Virus record (IMG/VR): IMGVR_UViG_2698536640_000007 | Span: 1-5,140 of that record | Source of the DNA: a virus | Lineage: Duplodnaviria; Heunggongvirae; Uroviricota; Caudoviricetes | Length of the DNA: 5,140 nucleotides | Direction: 5' to 3' (one strand) | In this document: in pieces, positions 5,046 through 5,140 of the stretch | How the letters are laid out: each line of letters begins with the position of its first letter | Position numbering within the stretch: position 1 is the first letter of the stretch | The notes under the pieces: generated by a model | Database searches by the model: none | The model's input: the letters and a program-made list of their open reading frames with translations, nothing else | Told to the model about the DNA's origin: nothing | Translations under genes and position numbers: made by a program

Positions 5046-5140
5046 TCCATCACCTCCTGAAAGTTTCCCCGATAGAACGCCAGCACACGCTGCATAACTT
5101 CGCTCCTCCTGCTCTCACGACAAATTATGTTCTGCCGTCT
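5042..5140 (-). CDS. 3' end of an upstream phage gene (partial; N-terminus beyond window)
   Basis: Minus-strand frame open from the window edge to TGA at 5044-5042 (...RQNICRESRRSEVMQRVLAFYRGNFQEVME*), and the stop overlaps the next GTG start as GTGA. Alternatively only the last 17 codons (ATG 5095, SD AGGAGGA) are translated. Confidence 0.35.
   Translation of the reverse strand, partial: RRQNIICRESRRSEVMQRVLAFYRGNFQEVME

Noticed and set aside
4702-5060. Plus-strand ORFs 4702..4944 and 4773..5060
   Set aside because: Antisense to the DUF4406-like gene; no RBS or family resemblance.
1-5140. CRISPR arrays, tRNA/rRNA genes, IS elements, att sites
   Set aside because: No regularly spaced direct repeats, no tRNA-like cloverleaf candidates, and no terminal inverted repeats or transposase-like ORFs were seen by eye.

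Overview
This 5.1 kb window reads as the early / nin-type region of a lambdoid (Qin/Rac-like) prophage from an enterobacterial genome, probably Escherichia. All assignments rest on reading the sequence and on protein families recalled from memory; no database search or computation was run. Almost all coding capacity is on the minus strand, running from high to low coordinates as a chain of translationally coupled genes: a partial upstream gene, a DUF4406-like protein, a 74-aa protein, an Ea22-like protein, a 76-aa ORF, a small HNH endonuclease, a 114-aa protein, then a 92-aa protein, a YdfU-like DUF968 protein and a RusA resolvase that runs off the left edge. Between the two blocks sits a complete hok/mok/sok-type type I toxin-antitoxin module with its own promoter region, 5'/3' fold-back complementarity and an intrinsic terminator; the 51-aa toxin gene is too short to appear in the ORF track. 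A 57-aa plus-strand ORF lies divergent from it. The most likely candidates for an undescribed system are the HNH-centred three-gene cassette (2581-3519) and the GTG-initiated coupled trio upstream of it (3692-5045); neither can be assigned a function from sequence alone. No tRNA, rRNA, CRISPR array or IS element was seen.
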